Source: an uncultured Thermoleophilia bacterium (lineage in GTDB: Bacteria; Actinomycetota; Thermoleophilia; UBA2241). From it: a DNA stretch of 64,000 nt. Position 1 is the first letter of the stretch; every line of letters begins with the position of its first letter. The notes beneath the pieces were generated by a model. The model saw only the letters and a program-made list of their open reading frames with translations. It had not been told where the DNA came from and searched no databases. Positions 9,939 to 19,885 of the stretch are shown here, piece by piece. The stretch is from assembly GCA_963747935.1 (NCBI GenBank), contig CAVVGY010000006.1:105161-169160 (forward strand), written 5' to 3'. The position numbers and the translations under genes were made by a program.

Positions 9939-10883
9939 CTAGGCGACCGCGGGACGCGGCATGAGGCCGGCCGCCTCCACGATCTCGGGCACTGCCTGTT
10001 CCCACTCGACGGCCATGATGTGCACGCCGGCGACGCCCTCGATCTCGGAGAGTTCCTTGATCATCTCGACGGCGAGCTTCTTGCCCTCGGCGTGCGAGGG
10101 CGGGCCCTTCTCGACGCCGGCCATGCGGTCGATGATCTCGTCCGGCACGTCCATGCCCGGCACGAAGTTCTTCATGTAGCGCGCGCCGCCGACGCCCTTG
10201 AGCGGCGTGAGGCCGGCCATGATCTTGATCTCCTGGTGCAGGCCCTCGGCGCGGACCTCTTCCATCCACTTCTTGAACTTGGGGATGTTGAAGATGCACT
10301 GCGTCTGCATGAAGTCGGCGCCGGCGTTGATCTTCTTCTTGAGCCGGATGCTGCGGAACTCGAACGGGTCGCCGAAGGGGTTCTCGGCGCAGCCGATGTA
10401 GAACTTCGGCGCCACGTCCATCTCGTCGCCGCACTGGAACTTCTTCTCGTCGCGCATGTCCTTGAGCATCTGGATGAGGTTGATGGCGTCGAGGTCGTGC
10501 ACGCCCTTGGCCTCGGGGTGGTTGCCGAAGCTCATGTGGTCGCCGGTGAGGCAGAGCACGTTGTGGACGCCCAGGGTGTGGGCGCCGAGCATGTCGGCCT
10601 GCATGGCGAGGCGGTTCCTGTCGCGGCAGGTCATCTGCATGATCGCCTCGAGGCCGTGCTGCTGCACGGTGACGGCGGACGGGAGGGAGGCGATACGGAC
10701 GACGGCCGTCTGGTTGTCGGTGATGTTGACGGCGTCCACGTAGCCCTTGAGCATGTCGGCCTTGCCGGCGATGACGCTGCCGTCGGCGCTCTTGGGCGGA
10801 CCGCACTCACCGGTGACCGCGAACTTGCCCTCGCTGAAGATCTTCTCGAGGTTCGTGCCAGCCTTGTACTCGGTGGCGGTCAT
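9939..10883 (-). CDS. metF: Methylenetetrahydrofolate reductase, acetogen-type MetF
   Basis: TGECGPPKS...NITDNQTAVVR...MTCRDRNRLAMQAD...CLTGDH is a typical MetF/MTHFR TIM-barrel pattern. Confidence 0.9.
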   Translation of the reverse strand: MTATEYKAGTNLEKIFSEGKFAVTGECGPPKSADGSVIAGKADMLKGYVDAVNITDNQTAVVRIASLPSAVTVQQHGLEAIMQMTCRDRNRLAMQADMLGAHTLGVHNVLCLTGDHMSFGNHPEAKGVHDLDAINLIQMLKDMRDEKKFQCGDEMDVAPKFYIGCAENPFGDPFEFRSIRLKKKINAGADFMQTQCIFNIPKFKKWMEEVRAEGLHQEIKIMAGLTPLKGVGGARYMKNFVPGMDVPDEIIDRMAGVEKGPPSHAEGKKLAVEMIKELSEIEGVAGVHIMAVEWEQAVPEIVEAAGLMPRPAVA

Positions 10884-11563
10884 ACCGGCTTCGCCTCCTC
10901 ACGCACCATCTTCCGTGGGCCGCCGGAGCTGCTCTTGCCCCAGTTCTTCGGCGGCCTGTTCTTGATCATCAGGTCTTCGCGGCCCTGCTCCTTGAGGCGG
11001 TCCCAGATCAGGTGCCAGGCGCAGTCGATGTTCTCCTTCTCAGGAGTGGTGACCTCGCAGAAGCCGTCGTGGGAGCCGCCGCACGGGCCGTTCATGAGGC
11101 TCTTGCTGCAGCGCACGACGGGGCAGATGCCGGCGGTCTCGCCGATGACGCAGTCGCCGCAGGCGCCGCAGCGCTCGAGCCACACGGCGTGCTCCTGGGG
11201 CATGCCCAGCATGTTGGTGTTCACGGCCGGCACGACGAGCTGGGGCGAGAACTTCTCGGCCATGCTCTGGATGCCGATGCCGCAGGCCATGCTGACGACG
11301 ATGTCGGCGTCCTTGACCTTGTCGGCGATCATGTCGAGGTACTCCCACTCGCACTGGCGGATGGCCGCCGTGTGCTCGATGGTGGCCTCACGGCCGTCCT
11401 GCTCGGCCTTGATCCGCAGCTCGCTGGCCAGGATCTCGGCCTCCTTCTCGCCGCCCGTGAGGCAGATGGCGACACAGGTGTCGCATCCGGCCACGAGGAC
11501 CTTCTTCTTGTCGCCGACGAGCGCGAGGATCTCGTCGAGGGGTTTGCGTTCGGCGGTGATCAT
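10880..11563 (-). CDS. metV: MTHFR-associated Cys-rich subunit MetV (methylene-THF reductase C-terminal domain protein)
   Basis: Cys-rich pattern GCDTCVAICLTGG...CGACGDCVIGETAGICPVVRCSKSLMNGPCGG. Overlaps the metF start. Confidence 0.85.
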   Translation of the reverse strand: MITAERKPLDEILALVGDKKKVLVAGCDTCVAICLTGGEKEAEILASELRIKAEQDGREATIEHTAAIRQCEWEYLDMIADKVKDADIVVSMACGIGIQSMAEKFSPQLVVPAVNTNMLGMPQEHAVWLERCGACGDCVIGETAGICPVVRCSKSLMNGPCGGSHDGFCEVTTPEKENIDCAWHLIWDRLKEQGREDLMIKNRPPKNWGKSSSGGPRKMVREEAKPV

Positions 11564-12153
11564 TCTGCGTGTCCTTCCTCACTGATGGCGGCGGACGGAG
11601 CGGGGTCATCGGGCATGGCCGCGCCGCCGAGAGCTTCGCGGGCGGCGGCGTGCACGTCCACACCTTCGCGCTTCACAGGGTTGGGGCCGAGCGCCTTGAT
11701 GCGCTCGGTGAATTCGGTCGCGACCTCGGCGAACTTGGCGCCCATGGCCGACGACATGTTGTACATCTCGACGCGCTCCGGCTCGAGGCCGAGCTCGGCG
11801 AGCAGGTCCTTGACGTGGTTGATGCGCTTGCGCGCCCACAGGTTGCCCTTGAGGTAGTGGCACTCGCCCTCGAGGCAGCCGGCGGCGTACACGCCGTCGG
11901 CCCCCGACTCGATGGCCTTGAGCAGGTGGATGACCTCGAGCTTGCCGGTGCACGGCAGCTTGATCATGCGGATGTTCGTGGGGTACTGCAGGCGCATGCT
12001 GCCGGCCAGGTCGGCCGCCGCATACGCGCAGTAGTGGCACGCGAACACGATGATCTCAGGCTCGAAGTCCGGGTCCACAGGCTTCTTCGGCGCCTCGTCC
12101 GCAGCCTCGGGCGCCTCGCCCTCGGCCACGGTCTTCACGTCGGCGTCGGCCAT
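11560..12153 (-). CDS. mvhD: MvhD-like (methyl-viologen-reducing hydrogenase delta subunit) protein
   Basis: IIVFACHYCAYAAADLAGSMRLQYPTNIRMIKLPCTGK...GCLEGECHY is the MvhD/FlpD signature. Confidence 0.9.
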   Translation of the reverse strand: MADADVKTVAEGEAPEAADEAPKKPVDPDFEPEIIVFACHYCAYAAADLAGSMRLQYPTNIRMIKLPCTGKLEVIHLLKAIESGADGVYAAGCLEGECHYLKGNLWARKRINHVKDLLAELGLEPERVEMYNMSSAMGAKFAEVATEFTERIKALGPNPVKREGVDVHAAAREALGGAAMPDDPAPSAAISEEGHAE

Positions 12154-12154
12154 G

Positions 12155-15100
12155 TCAGCTCACCTCCATGAAGAGCGCCTCTTCCTTGGCGAAGACCTGC
12201 GCGTCGGTGTAGTGGTGCAGCGTGATCGCCTTGACCGGGCACTCGCTCACGCACACACCGCAGCCCTGGCAGGCGGCCGCCTCGATCTTGGCCTTCTTGG
12301 TCTCGAGTTCGATGATCGGCACGTCGTAGGGGCAGACGCGCACGCACGTGAGGCAGGCTGCGCACTTGTCCTGGTCGACCTCCGCCACGACGCCGCCGGC
12401 CTTGAGCGCCGGCTTGGCCAGGATGGCCGCGGCGCGACCCGCGGCGGCGTAAGCCTGCGAGATCGTCTCCTCGATGCTCTTGGGGTAGTGGGCCGCGCCG
12501 CAGAGGAAGATGCCCTCCGAGCCGAAGTCCACCGGACGCAGCTTGACGTGCGCCTCGAGGTAGAAGCCGTCGGCCGTGAGCGGCACCTTGAGCATCTTGC
12601 TCAGCTCGCTGGCGCCCGAGGAGGCCACCGTCGGCGTGGCCAGCACCAGCAGGTCGAGCGGCATCTCGATGTCGCGGCCCAGGTACGGGTCGCGGGCCTT
12701 GAGGCTGACGCTGCCGTTGGCGTTGACCTGCGGCGGGGTGTCGTTGTCGTAGCGCGTGAAGATGACGCCGAGCTCACGCGCCCTGGTGTAGTACTCCTCG
12801 AGGAGGCCGTAGGTGCGCATCTCCTTGAACCACACGTACACCGGCCGCGAGGGGTCCTGCTCCTTGAGCGCGATGGCGTTGCGCACGCTCTGCTGGCAGC
12901 AGGTGCGCGAGCAGTACGGGTGAGACTCGTCGAGCGAGCCTGCGCAGAGGATGAACCCGGCGGACTTGACGTCCTTGAGCGCCGGGTCGTCCTCCTTGAG
13001 CATGCGCTCGAGGTCCATGCCGGTGACGACCTTCTGGCTGCCGCCGAGGCCGTAGAGCTCGTCCGGCCTGTTCTCGACGCCGCCGGTGGCGACCACGACC
13101 ACGCCGTTGTCGACCGGCGTGCGCTTGCCGTCCTTCTCCGCGATGACGCTCGAGAAGTTGCCGATGAAGCCGTGGAAGTCGGCGAGTTCGGCCTCGAGGT
13201 GGATCTTGACGTTGGGGTTGTCGACGAGGCGCTGCTCCAGCTCACCGATCAGCGCCTGCGGGTCGTTGCCCTTGGTCGTCGGGCCGAGGCTGAGCACGTG
13301 GCCGCCGAGCTTGTCCGTGCGCTCGATCAGATGGACCTCGTGGCCCATGTCGCCGAGCGCCGAGGCGGCGGTCATGCCGGCCACGCCGCCGCCGATCACG
13401 ATGGCGGTGTGCGTGAGCGGCACGTCGACCTTGTACAGGGGCTCGAGCAGCCGGGCCCGGGCCACGCTCATCTGGACCAGTTCCTTGGCCTTCTGCGTGG
13501 CCTTCTCCGGCTCCTTGGCGTGCACCCAGCTCGCCTGGTCGCGGATGTTGGCCATCTCGAAGAGGAACGGGTTGAGGCCGGCCTCGCGCAGGGTGTCCTG
13601 GAAGATCGGCTCGTGCGTGCGCGGCGTGCAGCTTGCCACCACGACGCGGTTGAGGTTGTGCTCCTCGATGGCGTCGCGGATGAGCGTGAGGCTGTCCGAC
13701 GAGCACGTGTACATGGTGTCGGTGGCGAACGCCACGCCGGGCAGGCTGCTGGCGTACTCGGCGACGCTCTCCACGCCGATGACGCCGGCGATGTTGCTGC
13801 CGCAGTGGCAGACGAAGACGCCGACGCGAGGCTCCTCGCCGACCACGGTCTTCTCGTCCGGGTACTCCTTGTCCACGGTGAGCGTGCCGCGCGAGTCGGC
13901 CAGGCCGGTCATGACCTGCGCCGCGGCCGCGGAGGCCTGCGCCACGCTGTCCGGGATGTCCTTGGGCTCGCCGAACGGGCCGACCACGAACACGCCCTTG
14001 CGGCTCGTCTCGAGCGGGTTGAACTCGTGCAGCTGGCAGAAGCCGTGGCGGTTGAGCGCGACGCCGATGTGGCCGGCCGCCTCCTGCGCCTTGCGCGCAG
14101 GCTCCAGGCCGGCCGAGAGCACCACCATGTCGTAGCGGGTCTCGTGCAGCTTGCCGGCCTCGTCCTCCCAGCTGATCAGGAGGTCGCCGGTGATGCGGGT
14201 CTTCCTTGATGTACGAGGGGCGCGAACGGACGAACTTGACGCCCTTGTCGATGGCGCGCTGGTAGAAGGCGTCGAAGCCCTTGCCCTGGGCGCGCATGTC
14301 CATGAGGAAGACGGTGGGCTCGCAGTCGGGCTCGTGGTCGATGGTGAGCATCGCCTGCTTGTTGGCGAAGCTGCAGCACACGCTGGAGCAGTACTCGTGC
14401 TCCTGGTCGCGCGAGCCGACGCACTGGATGAAGGCGATCTTCTTGGGGTGCTTGCCGTTGTCGCGGCGCTGCACCGAGCCGATCGTCGGGCCGCTGGCGC
14501 TGAGCATGCGCTCGTACTCGAGCGCCGAGAGCACGTTGGCGTAGCGCTCGTAGCCGTACTCGCTGTTCGGGCCGGGGACGGAGAGGTCGAAGCCCGTGGC
14601 CATGACGACGGCGCCGACGTCGAGGTCCATCTCGGCGTCGCGCTCACCGTGGAGCGAGGGCGCCGGGCCCGCAGGCGCGCACGCACTCCATGCACTCGGA
14701 GCAGATGGCGCAGTTGAGGCAGCGGTTGGCCTCGGCGACGGCCTGCTCGGCGGAGAAGCCGGTGTTGACCTCGTCCCAGGCGATCTTGCGGGCGGCGCCG
14801 GCGAGGTGCGGCATGGGCATGCGCGCCGTGCGCTCCGCGGCCTCGAGGATGGCGTCCTCGGGCTTGGCCTCGTCCATCACGTCGTCCTCGATGGGGAGGA
14901 GCTCCTCGCCGCGCAGGAAGTTGTGGATGCTGCGCGCGGCGCGGCGGCCGGCGGCGACGGCCTCGATGGCCGTCCACGGGGCGCGGGCCGCGGCGTCGCC
15001 GCCGGCGAACACGCCCTTCTTGCCGGTGGCCAGCGTGGCCTTGTCGGTGACGATCTGGCCCTTCACGACCTTGACGCTCTTGGGCGCGCCCTCGAGGAAG

Positions 15101-16609
15101 TCCTCGACCATGCTCTGGCCGATGGCGAAGATGACGGTGTCGCAGTCGAGCTCGTGCTCGGAGCCGGCGATGGCCACCGGCGGGCGCCAGCCGCGCTCGT
15201 CCGGGTCGCCGAGGGAGCAGGCGAGGAACTCGACCTTGCAGGCGCGGCCGTCGGCGTCGGTGACGATCTGCGACGGCATGCACGAGCAGTTGAAGCTGAT
15301 GCTCTCGTCCAGGCCCTCGGTGAGCTCGTCGTCCGAGGCCGGCACGCTCTGGTCGTCCTCGATGCAGTTGATGGTGACCTTCTCGGCGCCGAGGCGGAGT
15401 GCGGTGCGCCCCGCGTCGAAGGCCACGTCGCCGCCGCCGATGACGACGACGTTCTTGCCCATGTCGACCTTCTCGCCCAGCGTGGCCGCCTTGAGCACGC
15501 TGACGGCGTCCAGGACGCCCTTGGCGTCGGCGCCGGGGACGGGCAGCGTGCGGCCGCCCTGCAGGCCGACGGCGAGGTACACGGCCTTGTAGCCGCCGCC
15601 GTCCTTCTTCATGAGGCCGTCGACGGTGAAGTCCTTGCCGGCGGCCTTGTTGACCTGCAGGTCGACACCGAGCGCGAGCACGCGGTCGATGTCCTGCTGC
15701 AGGGCGGCCTTGGGCAGGCGGTACTCGGGGATGCCGAAGCGCAGCATGCCGCCCGCCTCGGGCTTGCTCTCGAACACCGTGACGGCGTAGCCGAGCAGCG
15801 CCAGGTCGCGGGCGGCGGTGAGGCCGCTGGGACCGGCGCCGACCACGGCGACCTTCTCCTTGTACGTGACCTCGGCCTTCTCCGGCAGCGGCACGTTCTC
15901 GAACGCGTAGTCGCTGATGAACCGCTTGAGGCCGGCGATGGCGAGCGGCTCGTCCACGTCACCGCGCGTGCAGTCGGTCTCGCACTTGTGCGTGCAGACG
16001 CGGCCGCAGACGGCGGGGAAGGGGTTGGGTTCGCTGGCCACGGTGTACGCCTCGGCGAAGCGCTCGTCGGCGATGAGCGCCAGATAGCCCTGCGCGCTGG
16101 TGTGTACGGCGCAGGCGCGCTTGCAGGGGCTGTGGCCCTTCTTGGTGACTGCGTAGGTGTTGGGGATGGCCTGCGGGTAGAGCTTGAAGATCGCCTTGCG
16201 CTCGCCCAGGTCCTCGTTGTACGGGTCGGGCACGACCACGGGGCACACGGGAGAGCACTCGCCGCAGCTCGTGCAGATGTCGGGGTCGACGAACCGGGCG
16301 TGGTGGTAGACCTTGGCGCTGAAGCTGCCCGGCTCGCCCTGGAGGCCGATCGAGCTCTGAGTTGGTGATCACGTCGATGTTGAGGTGCCGCCCGGCCTCG
16401 ACCAGCTTGGGCGACAGGGTGCACATCGAACAGTCGTTGGTGGGGAAGGTCTTGTCGAGCTGGGCCATGTGGCCGCCGAGGGCCGGGGACCGCTCCACGA
16501 GGTAGACCTTGTACCCCCCTTCGGCAAGGTCGAGCGAGCATTGGATGCCCGCGACGCCGCCTCCCACGACCAGCGCAGCACCGGTGGACTTGGGCGGTGA
16601 ACCCGACAT
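12155..16609 (-). CDS. hdrA: HdrA-like flavoprotein with an inserted GltD/NfnB-like NAD(P)H-FAD module; reading frame broken at three points
   Basis: Four consecutive ORF pieces (16609-~16351, ~16351-~14660, ~14660-~14195, ~14195-12155) join into one HdrA. The N-terminal FAD fold is [27 protein letters not shown]. The GltD-like block runs [22 protein letters not shown]...[17 protein letters not shown]. The HdrA core contains [21 protein letters not shown] and [11 protein letters not shown]. The C-terminus has 2x[4Fe-4S]. Total length is divisible by 3, consistent with three +1 shifts. Confidence 0.85.
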
Positions 16610-16690
16610 ACGCACTCCTTTGCGACTACGCGGCGGTCCCAGAAAACGAGTGGGGTGACCACAGACTCAACGGCCCACTTGGGTGGGCCA

Positions 16691-16722
16691 AGTATAGCTG
16701 TGCGATTGTGAGCGCGTCCACA
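16691..16722 (-). promoter_or_regulatory. Candidate hdrA promoter (-10 TATACT) with an overlapping lacO-like palindrome TGTGAGCGCGTCCACA
   Basis: On the minus strand, TATACT lies at 16696-16691 and a TGGACG-like -35 lies about 18 nt upstream. The palindrome at 16707-16722 has a left half identical to ATTGTGAGCGC of the lac operator. A GGCCCAC-TTGG-GTGGGCC hairpin lies at 16671-16688. Confidence 0.4.
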
Positions 16723-16863
16723 CGGGCAGGACGCGCGCACGCGAGCCCCGTCAGGCGTCCCGACGTTCGAACTTGCGCGATTGGCGTGACTTGACCCCCG
16801 GGCCGCACACCCGGCGCTTCAGGACATGGGCGGCCGCGACGCCGGGCGTGGCGCTCCGCTCGA

Positions 16864-17880
16864 CTAGCGCCGCGTGGACTCGCGCTCGGCGATGGAGAAG
16901 GGGACGATCTTGCGCGGCTCGTCGATGGGCTGGCCGCGGATGAGCCGGATGAGCATGCACGTCGCCTCGCGACCCTGGCTCTCGACGTCGTACTCCAGGG
17001 TCGTCATGGTGGGCGTGGTCTTCACCGAGAGGCCGAAGTCGCCGGGGCCGGCGACGAGCAGCTGCTCCGGCACCTTGATGCCGAGCTCGCCGGCCCGCCG
17101 CACGACGGCGACGGCGGGCAGTTCGTACAACCCGTACACGGCGTCGGGGCGGTCCGGCCCTTCGAGCAGGCGCGAGGCCGCGGCCACGAGCGCGTCGTCG
17201 TCCTCGTCGCGCACCTCCTCGATGCGCGGCGTGAACCCGCGCTCGCCGCACCAGTCGCGGTAGGTCTTCAGGCCGGTCTGGGTCCAGTAGTCCGTGGTCG
17301 TCCAGGTGACGAGTGCGATGGACCCGGCGCCCCGTTCGGCGAGGTGGTCCAGCATCGCTCGCGTCTCGGCGGCGACGTCGTCGTCCACCCAGTAGCCGTT
17401 CTCGGGATCCTCCGGCCGCCGCCCGATGGTGACGAACGGCAGCCCCTGGCCGCGCAGAAAGGCGACGTTGGAGTCGTCCTCCCACGGGTCGGAGATGACC
17501 GCTCCGTCCACCAGCAGGCGCTCCCAGTACAGGTGGCTGCCGTCACTCGGGACGACGACGAGGGCGTAGCCCTCTTCGTGCGCCACCTCGGTGACGCTCT
17601 GCATGAGGCGGAAGTAGTACTCGAGGTTGGCCAGTGGCGAGTGGGCGGTGGCGTTGACCGCGCAGAGGGCGATGACGCCGGTGCCGCTCGCCTTGAGACT
17701 GCGAGCGCCGGGGTGCGGCCGGTAGCCGAGTTGCTCCACGGCCTCCTGCACGCGCTTGCGCGTGGCCTCCGACACCGGCCGCTGCCCGCCGAGGGCGTGC
17801 GACACGGTGGTGGGGCTCACGCCGGCGAGGCGTGCCACGTCCTTGATGTTCACGCGTTTGCGTCTGTCGTCCATGGTCAT
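16864..17880 (-). CDS. LacI-family transcriptional regulator
   Basis: N-terminal HTH motif NIKDVARLAGVSPTTVSHALGG followed by a periplasmic-binding-protein-like sugar-binding fold. Confidence 0.9.
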   Translation of the reverse strand: MTMDDRRKRVNIKDVARLAGVSPTTVSHALGGQRPVSEATRKRVQEAVEQLGYRPHPGARSLKASGTGVIALCAVNATAHSPLANLEYYFRLMQSVTEVAHEEGYALVVVPSDGSHLYWERLLVDGAVISDPWEDDSNVAFLRGQGLPFVTIGRRPEDPENGYWVDDDVAAETRAMLDHLAERGAGSIALVTWTTTDYWTQTGLKTYRDWCGERGFTPRIEEVRDEDDDALVAAASRLLEGPDRPDAVYGLYELPAVAVVRRAGELGIKVPEQLLVAGPGDFGLSVKTTPTMTTLEYDVESQGREATCMLIRLIRGQPIDEPRKIVPFSIAERESTRR

Positions 17881-18011
17881 CAGATTCCCTCCGGGGCGCA
17901 GAGGAGTCTACATCCGCGTGTTCGTGCCTGTCCTCCGCCGCGCACGAAGAACGCCTGCGTGCCGTCCACCTGCACCTCGGCGGCCGCATCTGATAACCTA
18001 CTGCTACAGAA

Positions 18012-18029
18012 GTCAATCAAGTGATTAAC
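18012..18029. promoter_or_regulatory. AT-rich imperfect palindrome GTCAATCAAGTGATTAAC (candidate operator)
   Basis: 14 of 18 positions are self-complementary. It lies 30 bp upstream of the aminotransferase ATG, in the divergent lacI/aminotransferase spacer. Confidence 0.3.
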
Positions 18030-18058
18030 CAAGCGTCCGCCGAAGGGGAGTCGATAGC

Positions 18059-19351
18059 ATGGGTGTGCAGGAACAGTACCGCGACTACGTCATGACTGGG
18101 TTCGTCAAGCGCGTGGAGCCGGTGGTGGCGGACCACGGTGACGGGGCGTATCTCTACGACGCCGACGGCACCGAGTACATCGACTGCTTCGCCGGCATCA
18201 GCGTCACCAACGCCGGCCACCACAACCAGCAGATCCTGGACGCGGCCATCGCGCAGGCCAACAAGCTCGTCCACGCCTGCTCCTACGTCTACCACGTGGA
18301 GTCGGTCGGCGCCCTGGCCGAGAAGCTCGCCCAGATCACGCCCGGCACGCTGCAGAAGACCTTCTTCGGCAACGGCGGCGCCGAGGCCATCGAGGGCGCG
18401 TTCCGCCTCGCCAAGCGCTACAGCGGCAAGCGCGAGCTCCTCGCCATCGAGTCCAGCTTCCACGGCCGCAGCTACGCGACCCTCTCGGTCACCGGCAACT
18501 CGGGCCGCAAGAAGGGCGGCGGCCCCTACATGCCGGGCGTCGCCTTCACGCCCACGCCGTACTGCTACCGCTGCTTCGCCGAGACCACGCCCGACAAGTG
18601 CGACCTGCTGTGCGCGCGCCGCGTGGCCGAGGTCGCCCGCCTGCACCTCAGCGGCGACGTCTGCGCGTTCATCGCCGAGCCCGTGATGGGCGAGGGCGGC
18701 ATCATCGTCCCGCCGGACGGCTACTTCAAGCGCGTCAAGGAGATCCTTGACGAGATGGGCATCCTGTTCATCGCCGACGAGGTCCAGAGCGGGTTCGGGC
18801 GCACCGGCAAGATGTTCGCCATCGAGCACTTCGGCGTGGTGCCGGACATCATGACGATGGCCAAGGGCATCGCCGACGGCTGGCCGCTCAGCGCGTTCAT
18901 CGCCAGGCCCGAGATCGCCGACGCCTTCCAGATCGGCGACCACCTCAGCACGTTCGGCGGCAACCCCGTCAGCTGCGCCGCCGCGCTGGCCAACATCGAG
19001 TTCCTCATGGACGGCGTGGTGGACGACGCAGCGCGCAAGGGCGAGGCGCTCATGGCCAGGTTCCGCGAGCTGCAGAAGACGCAGCCGCTGATCGGCGACG
19101 TGCGCGGCAAGGGCCTCATGGTCGGCGTGGAGCTCATCGCCGACCCGGCCACCAAGGCCTACGGCACCGCGCAGGCCGGGTTCGTGCGCCAGTACTGCCT
19201 CGACCACGGCGTGCTCATCGGCGTGGGCGGCAACTTCGGCAGCGTGCTGCGCATCCAGCCGCCGCTGGTGATCGACGACGCGCAGCTCGACCGGGTGTTC
19301 GCCACCGTTGCCGACGGCATCGAGGCCTCGGTCAAGGCCGTGGTCGCTTGA
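18059..19351 (+). CDS. Class III PLP-dependent aminotransferase (GABA/acetylornithine aminotransferase family)
   Basis: FIADEVQSGFGRTGKMFA..., MTMAKGIADG (PLP lysine region) and SFHGRS. Confidence 0.9.
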   Translation: MGVQEQYRDYVMTGFVKRVEPVVADHGDGAYLYDADGTEYIDCFAGISVTNAGHHNQQILDAAIAQANKLVHACSYVYHVESVGALAEKLAQITPGTLQKTFFGNGGAEAIEGAFRLAKRYSGKRELLAIESSFHGRSYATLSVTGNSGRKKGGGPYMPGVAFTPTPYCYRCFAETTPDKCDLLCARRVAEVARLHLSGDVCAFIAEPVMGEGGIIVPPDGYFKRVKEILDEMGILFIADEVQSGFGRTGKMFAIEHFGVVPDIMTMAKGIADGWPLSAFIARPEIADAFQIGDHLSTFGGNPVSCAAALANIEFLMDGVVDDAARKGEALMARFRELQKTQPLIGDVRGKGLMVGVELIADPATKAYGTAQAGFVRQYCLDHGVLIGVGGNFGSVLRIQPPLVIDDAQLDRVFATVADGIEASVKAVVA

Positions 19352-19574
19352 CGAAGCGGTAGGATGGACTGAGCCGGGCCGGGAGGCCGGGCACACCGCG
19401 AGCGCCTGCCGGGGGGACGGCGCCGCATCTGCTGCGAGGGGCGGGAGGCCGCAGGGCCTCCCGCCCCTCGCGCGTTCGCAGCCGGCGCGCGACAGTCACC
19501 CGGGTGCGTGCCGTCCGGCAGGGGAGACCGCCCTCACGGCGAACCAAGTCGCGACCACCACGAGGGGGGTAGGC

Positions 19575-19871
19575 ATGAGCTCGACGCAGGACGGCCCGCA
19601 GGTCCAGGTCCAGCGGGACACCCGGGCAGGCGGCCCGAGCTACACCAAGTTCATCGCGCCGGCCGTGATCGCGATCGTGATCCTCATCCTGGTCCTCCAG
19701 AACACCAAGGAGGACTGGCGGATCCACTTCTTCTTCTGGTGGTTCTCGCTGCCGGCGGCGCTGATGCTGCTCGTGCTGCTCGTGGTCGGGTTCCTTGTCG
19801 GACTGGCCGTGAGCGCGCTGCTGCGCCGCAGGCGCCGCCAGCAGCTCAAGCGCAAGGCCGCGGCGTACTGA
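19575..19871 (+). CDS. LapA/DUF1049-like small membrane protein
   Basis: 98 aa, two TM helices, LQNTKEDWRIHFFFWWFSLP motif, basic C-terminal tail. ATG follows GAGGGGGG. Confidence 0.6.
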   Translation: MSSTQDGPQVQVQRDTRAGGPSYTKFIAPAVIAIVILILVLQNTKEDWRIHFFFWWFSLPAALMLLVLLVVGFLVGLAVSALLRRRRRQQLKRKAAAY

Positions 19872-19885
19872 GCCCGGCCGCGGCC

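Noticed and set aside
14644-14646. The in-frame TGA in hdrA as a possible selenocysteine codon (some HdrA proteins contain Sec).
   Set aside because: Reading through the TGA gives nonsense (…[14 protein letters not shown]…). The conserved HdrA sequence ([22 protein letters not shown]) continues in a different frame, so this is a frameshift and not recoding.
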